From Fibrobacteria bacterium (GTDB taxonomy: Bacteria > Fibrobacterota > Fibrobacteria > UBA11236), in assembly GCA_043745805.1 (NCBI GenBank), contig JAYTSD010000038.1:34807-98806 (forward strand): a DNA stretch of 64,000 nucleotides, given 5' to 3'. This document shows, piece by piece, positions 60,940 to 64,000 of the stretch. The translations under genes were made by a program, and so were the position numbers. The number at the start of each line of letters is the position of its first letter. The stretch's first letter is position 1. The notes under the pieces are model-generated. The model did no database searches. It saw only the letters and a program-made list of their open reading frames with translations, and was not told where the DNA came from.

Positions 60940-60973
60940 AAAAACGGCAACCCATTGAAGAGTTGCCGTTTTT
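60940..60973. terminator. bidirectional Rho-independent terminator
   Basis: AAAAACGGCAAC-N10-GTTGCCGTTTTT between the convergent small gene and tRNA. Confidence 0.85.
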
Positions 60974-60977
60974 GTTT

Positions 60978-61052
<75 letters not shown>

Positions 61053-61067
61053 TCAAATTTTGAAGCA

Positions 61068-61096
61068 ATAGTAGCTAGAAAGCCAAGGCATTTCAA
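61068..61096 (-). promoter_or_regulatory. sigma70 promoter of tRNA-Gln
   Basis: Minus strand TTGAAA-17-TACTAT. Confidence 0.7.
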
Positions 61097-61115
61097 TAAT
61101 TAGTAGCGAAACTAT

Positions 61116-61198
61116 AAAAAAAAATTGCAGACGTTTGGGACGTCTGCAATCTTGAGGCTAAGGGAGGACAAAACCCTTAGCCACTTGCGGGTAACGAA
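61116..61198 (-). ncRNA. candidate small RNA (two stem-loops, anti-SD loop, intrinsic terminator)
   Basis: GGCTAAGGG-TTTTGTCCT-CCCTTAGCC hairpin, then ATTGCAGACGT-CCCAA-ACGTCTGCAAT plus T8; no upstream minus-strand CDS to terminate. Confidence 0.65.
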
Positions 61199-61209
61199 GC
61201 GATAGCAAA

Positions 61210-61224
61210 GCGAAAGATATGCCA
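61210..61224 (-). promoter_or_regulatory. sigma54 (-24/-12) promoter of the candidate sRNA
   Basis: Minus strand TGGCAT-ATCTT-TCGC with exact GG-N10-GC spacing. Confidence 0.55.
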
Positions 61225-61396
61225 TAAATTAATTAATGAAATTACGGAAAATGCAAAGCTTTATTCTGGAAATAGGGAATGTTGGTCAGTTTTTAACCAG
61301 CAGATTCAGAGCAGTTGATGTTTATTTGCTCAATTTAAATGAACCATTTGGGGTATGAGTTTGTGCTTATGTGGAGCAATAGCTAGTTTAGCACCC

Positions 61397-62884
61397 ATGC
61401 TTAAATGGATTTTTCTGCTTTTGGTTTTATGGACTTCGGTTCTAGCTGCCGAGATGAAATCACCGCTCGCAAGTAATGTGGATAAAAAGATTATTGTCAT
61501 TCCCGTTGAAGGGGAAGTGGACTATGGACTTTATGCTTTTTTAAAACGTAGTGTGGCCGAAGCTTTGCCATTAAAACCCGATTATATTGTTTTTAAAGTG
61601 AATACTTTTGGTGGCGAATTACATGCGGCTTTTGAAATTGTGGATTTGCTCATGGGTATTTCTCAGTGCAGCACTTATGTCTTCGTCGAACAAAAAGCTA
61701 TTTCTGCGGGCGCTTTAATTTCATTATCCGCAAATCGCATTGCTATGGGGCAAGGTACTACCATAGGTGACTGTGCGCCTATCACACAAGGTCAAGACGG
61801 CATCGTGATGTTAGGCGAAAAAATTCAATCTCCCTTGCGTGCTAAATTCAGAAACCTAGCCGAAAAAAATGGTTACCCTAGTTTACTTGCCCAAAGCATG
61901 GTTTCCACGGATTTGGGCGTGGTGCAGGCTTTTAAAGCAGGTCAGGATTCTAGCAAACATTATTTTACGGTAAAGCAATGGGATAAACTGAGCGCTGCGG
62001 ATCAAGCGCCATTCATATCCCATAAAATTTTAGTAGCGGATGGGGAATTGTTAACCATGACTGATTTGGAAGCGCAAGCTTTGGGTTTTTCGCAAGGATC
62101 ATTTGCCAATTTCGAAGCCTTTATAAAAGCAAAACATTGGCAAGCGACACAGGAATTTAAATCTACTTGGTCCGAAGATTTAGTCCGTTGGCTTGGAAAA
62201 CTATCTCCCATTTTAATGCTATTAGGATTTGGCGCATTGTATCTGGAATTCAAAACCCCAGGCGCGAGTTTTTTTGGATGGATAGGTTTTATCGCTTTAG
62301 GCATAGTTTTCTTTAGTCATTATGCCATTGGTTTAGCGCATTATACTGAATTACTTTTACTCATAGGCGGCTTCATTTTGTTCTTATTAGAGATTTATTT
62401 CTTTCCGGGAACCCTAATATTAGGGGCTTTGGGAGTGATTTGTATTATGGCGGGCTTGGTGCTTTCCATGCAGGCCTATACCTTCCCCGATCCAAAAATG
62501 CCTTGGGAATTGCGCGATATGTTAAAACATGTTTCATTTATTTTGGCTTTGGCGGTTTCCGCATTGGCGATTCCTTTTTTAGCGATGAGATTTTTATCTC
62601 CGATTTTGCCTAAAGGTTATCAAGTCGTTTCGCTTACTACACTGAAAGATGCGAAGGTTATTACTGAAGAAAGTAGAGACTTACATTTAGGTCAAAGTGG
62701 ATTTACTAAAACCGGATTGCGGCCCATGGGAAAAGCGGTATTTGCCGATAAAACATATGAAGTGGTTGCGCGTAGCCATTTTATCGAAGCGGAGACTGTG
62801 GTAGAAATCGTGGAAGTTACGGGTAACAAAATCGTAGTAAAGCGTAGGGATGATTTGGTAATGCCAAAGGATATCGTTGTATGA
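61397..62884 (+). CDS. nfeD: NfeD family membrane-bound ClpP-like serine protease
   Basis: NTFGG, AISAGALI and EK motifs; TM bundle with EFKTPG; C-terminal LRPMGKA OB fold; start uncertain (61355 or 61397). Confidence 0.88.
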   Translation: MLKWIFLLLVLWTSVLAAEMKSPLASNVDKKIIVIPVEGEVDYGLYAFLKRSVAEALPLKPDYIVFKVNTFGGELHAAFEIVDLLMGISQCSTYVFVEQKAISAGALISLSANRIAMGQGTTIGDCAPITQGQDGIVMLGEKIQSPLRAKFRNLAEKNGYPSLLAQSMVSTDLGVVQAFKAGQDSSKHYFTVKQWDKLSAADQAPFISHKILVADGELLTMTDLEAQALGFSQGSFANFEAFIKAKHWQATQEFKSTWSEDLVRWLGKLSPILMLLGFGALYLEFKTPGASFFGWIGFIALGIVFFSHYAIGLAHYTELLLLIGGFILFLLEIYFFPGTLILGALGVICIMAGLVLSMQAYTFPDPKMPWELRDMLKHVSFILALAVSALAIPFLAMRFLSPILPKGYQVVSLTTLKDAKVITEESRDLHLGQSGFTKTGLRPMGKAVFADKTYEVVARSHFIEAETVVEIVEVTGNKIVVKRRDDLVMPKDIVV

Positions 62885-63351
62885 AGTATGCTTGGCCTTT
62901 GCTTTTACAATTATTGGCGCTGATTGCGGGAATAGCTGAAGCTATTTTACCTTCATTTGGAATCTTGTCCATACTTTGTGCCGCTTTATTTGCCTACTCT
63001 TGGTATTGGATTCTTTCGCATTTAGGCAGCGCCGCTCCTTGGGCTTTTGGCGGCGCGGATCTCATACTGATCCCTTTAAGTGTGTGGATTGCTTTTAAAT
63101 TAATGAATGTGATAAATATTTCGCATAGCGCAACTTTAGGTAGTGGCTCGGGGTTAGACGCGGAAGAACAGCATTTGCAAAAACTAATTGGCCTTGAGGG
63201 TTTGGTGGAATCGCCACTGCGACCTATTGGAAAAGTTTTAGTAAACGGAGATGTTTATGAAGCAAAAACCGAAAGTGAGTTTTTGTCCCAGGGTGAAAAA
63301 ATTCAAGTGCAAAAAATTTATGGCAACCAGATAATTGTCGCTCGGATCTGA
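62881..63351 (+). CDS. short NfeD-like protein (TM helices plus OB fold)
   Basis: EAILPSFG and SPLRPIGKV..YEAK motifs. Confidence 0.85.
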   Translation: MKYAWPLLLQLLALIAGIAEAILPSFGILSILCAALFAYSWYWILSHLGSAAPWAFGGADLILIPLSVWIAFKLMNVINISHSATLGSGSGLDAEEQHLQKLIGLEGLVESPLRPIGKVLVNGDVYEAKTESEFLSQGEKIQVQKIYGNQIIVARI

Positions 63352-63401
63352 AAAACTTAAAACCAATAACAAATCAAAAAAATAAATCTTAGGAGAATAA
63401 A

Positions 63402-64000
63402 ATGGATATAGCTGTCATTGTTTTAGTCATCGCCAGTATAGTGGGTATAATTTTATTTTTTATAGTGGCAAGTTTTTTCTCACTTTGGTTACAAGCTTTT
63501 ATGTCCAAGGCGGATGTTTCAATAGCCTCATTGATTGGAATGAAGCTGCGTAAAGTACCACCTAAAGTTATTGTAGAAGCAAAAATTATGGGCATTAAAG
63601 CCGGTTTAGAATTGGATACTGAAGCCTTAGAAGCACATTATATGGGTGGTGGCCATGTGTTGCGCGTGGTACAAGCTTTAATCGCTGCAGATAAAGCCAA
63701 TATCCCCTTAAATTTTAAACGCGCCGCAGCCATTGATTTAGCAGGTCGAAATGTTTTAGAAGCGGTGCAAATGTCGGTAAATCCCAAGGTGATTGAAACG
63801 CCTATGGTCAGCGCCATGGCAACTGATGGAATTCAATTAAAAGCGGTGGCTCGCGTTACAGTGCGTGCGAATTTGGATAAGCTAGTAGGCGGTGCGGGAG
63901 AAGAAACCATTTTAGCACGCGTGGGTGAAGGTATTGTTTCGACGATTGGTTCGGCAAAAAGTCATAAAAGCGTTTTAGAAAATCCTGATCAAATTTCCAA
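63402..64000 (+). CDS. floA: flotillin-like protein FloA (YqfA), 3'-truncated
   Basis: AGGAG RBS; translation gives [66 protein letters not shown]; absent from the ORF track because no stop lies in the window. Confidence 0.93.
   Translation, partial: MDIAVIVLVIASIVGIILFFIVASFFSLWLQAFMSKADVSIASLIGMKLRKVPPKVIVEAKIMGIKAGLELDTEALEAHYMGGGHVLRVVQALIAADKANIPLNFKRAAAIDLAGRNVLEAVQMSVNPKVIETPMVSAMATDGIQLKAVARVTVRANLDKLVGGAGEETILARVGEGIVSTIGSAKSHKSVLENPDQIS

Overview
AT-rich bacterial chromosomal segment, most likely Fibrobacterota (inferred from a TIGR02147-type gene coupled to a 'GGGSETTN' DUF2341 lipoprotein). It is mostly housekeeping: leuA, thiL, a PilB/GspE ATPase, a gamma-glutamylation-type ALDH/GS-like/Fe-ADH operon, recCBD and rsmE. 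A long + strand run follows (ribD-ribE-ribBA-ribH-nusB, a DUF2723/TMEM260-like glycosylation cluster, accA, accB-pilT/U-accC, dapA, apt), then a six-gene DUF3450/ExbB/ExbB/ExbD/TonB/TPR system, mutL, pth-rplY, tRNA-Gln and nfeD-nfeD-floA (truncated at the window end). No CRISPR array, rRNA or transposase was seen. The most interesting unannotated signals are: (1) a candidate sigma54-driven ~83-nt sRNA with an anti-Shine-Dalgarno loop at 61116-61198 (-); (2) five TGTGGRCW boxes upstream of the TIGR02147-lipoprotein pair; (3) an orphan antitoxin-like XRE domain fused to a histone H1-like tail, with a GTTAAC-N6-GTTAAC site in its promoter; (4) a leaderless Leu-rich attenuator peptide before leuA; (5) an acidic TPR protein with five copies of a helical motif; (6) a structured rplY leader. 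All family assignments come from motif recognition by eye; no database searches were run.
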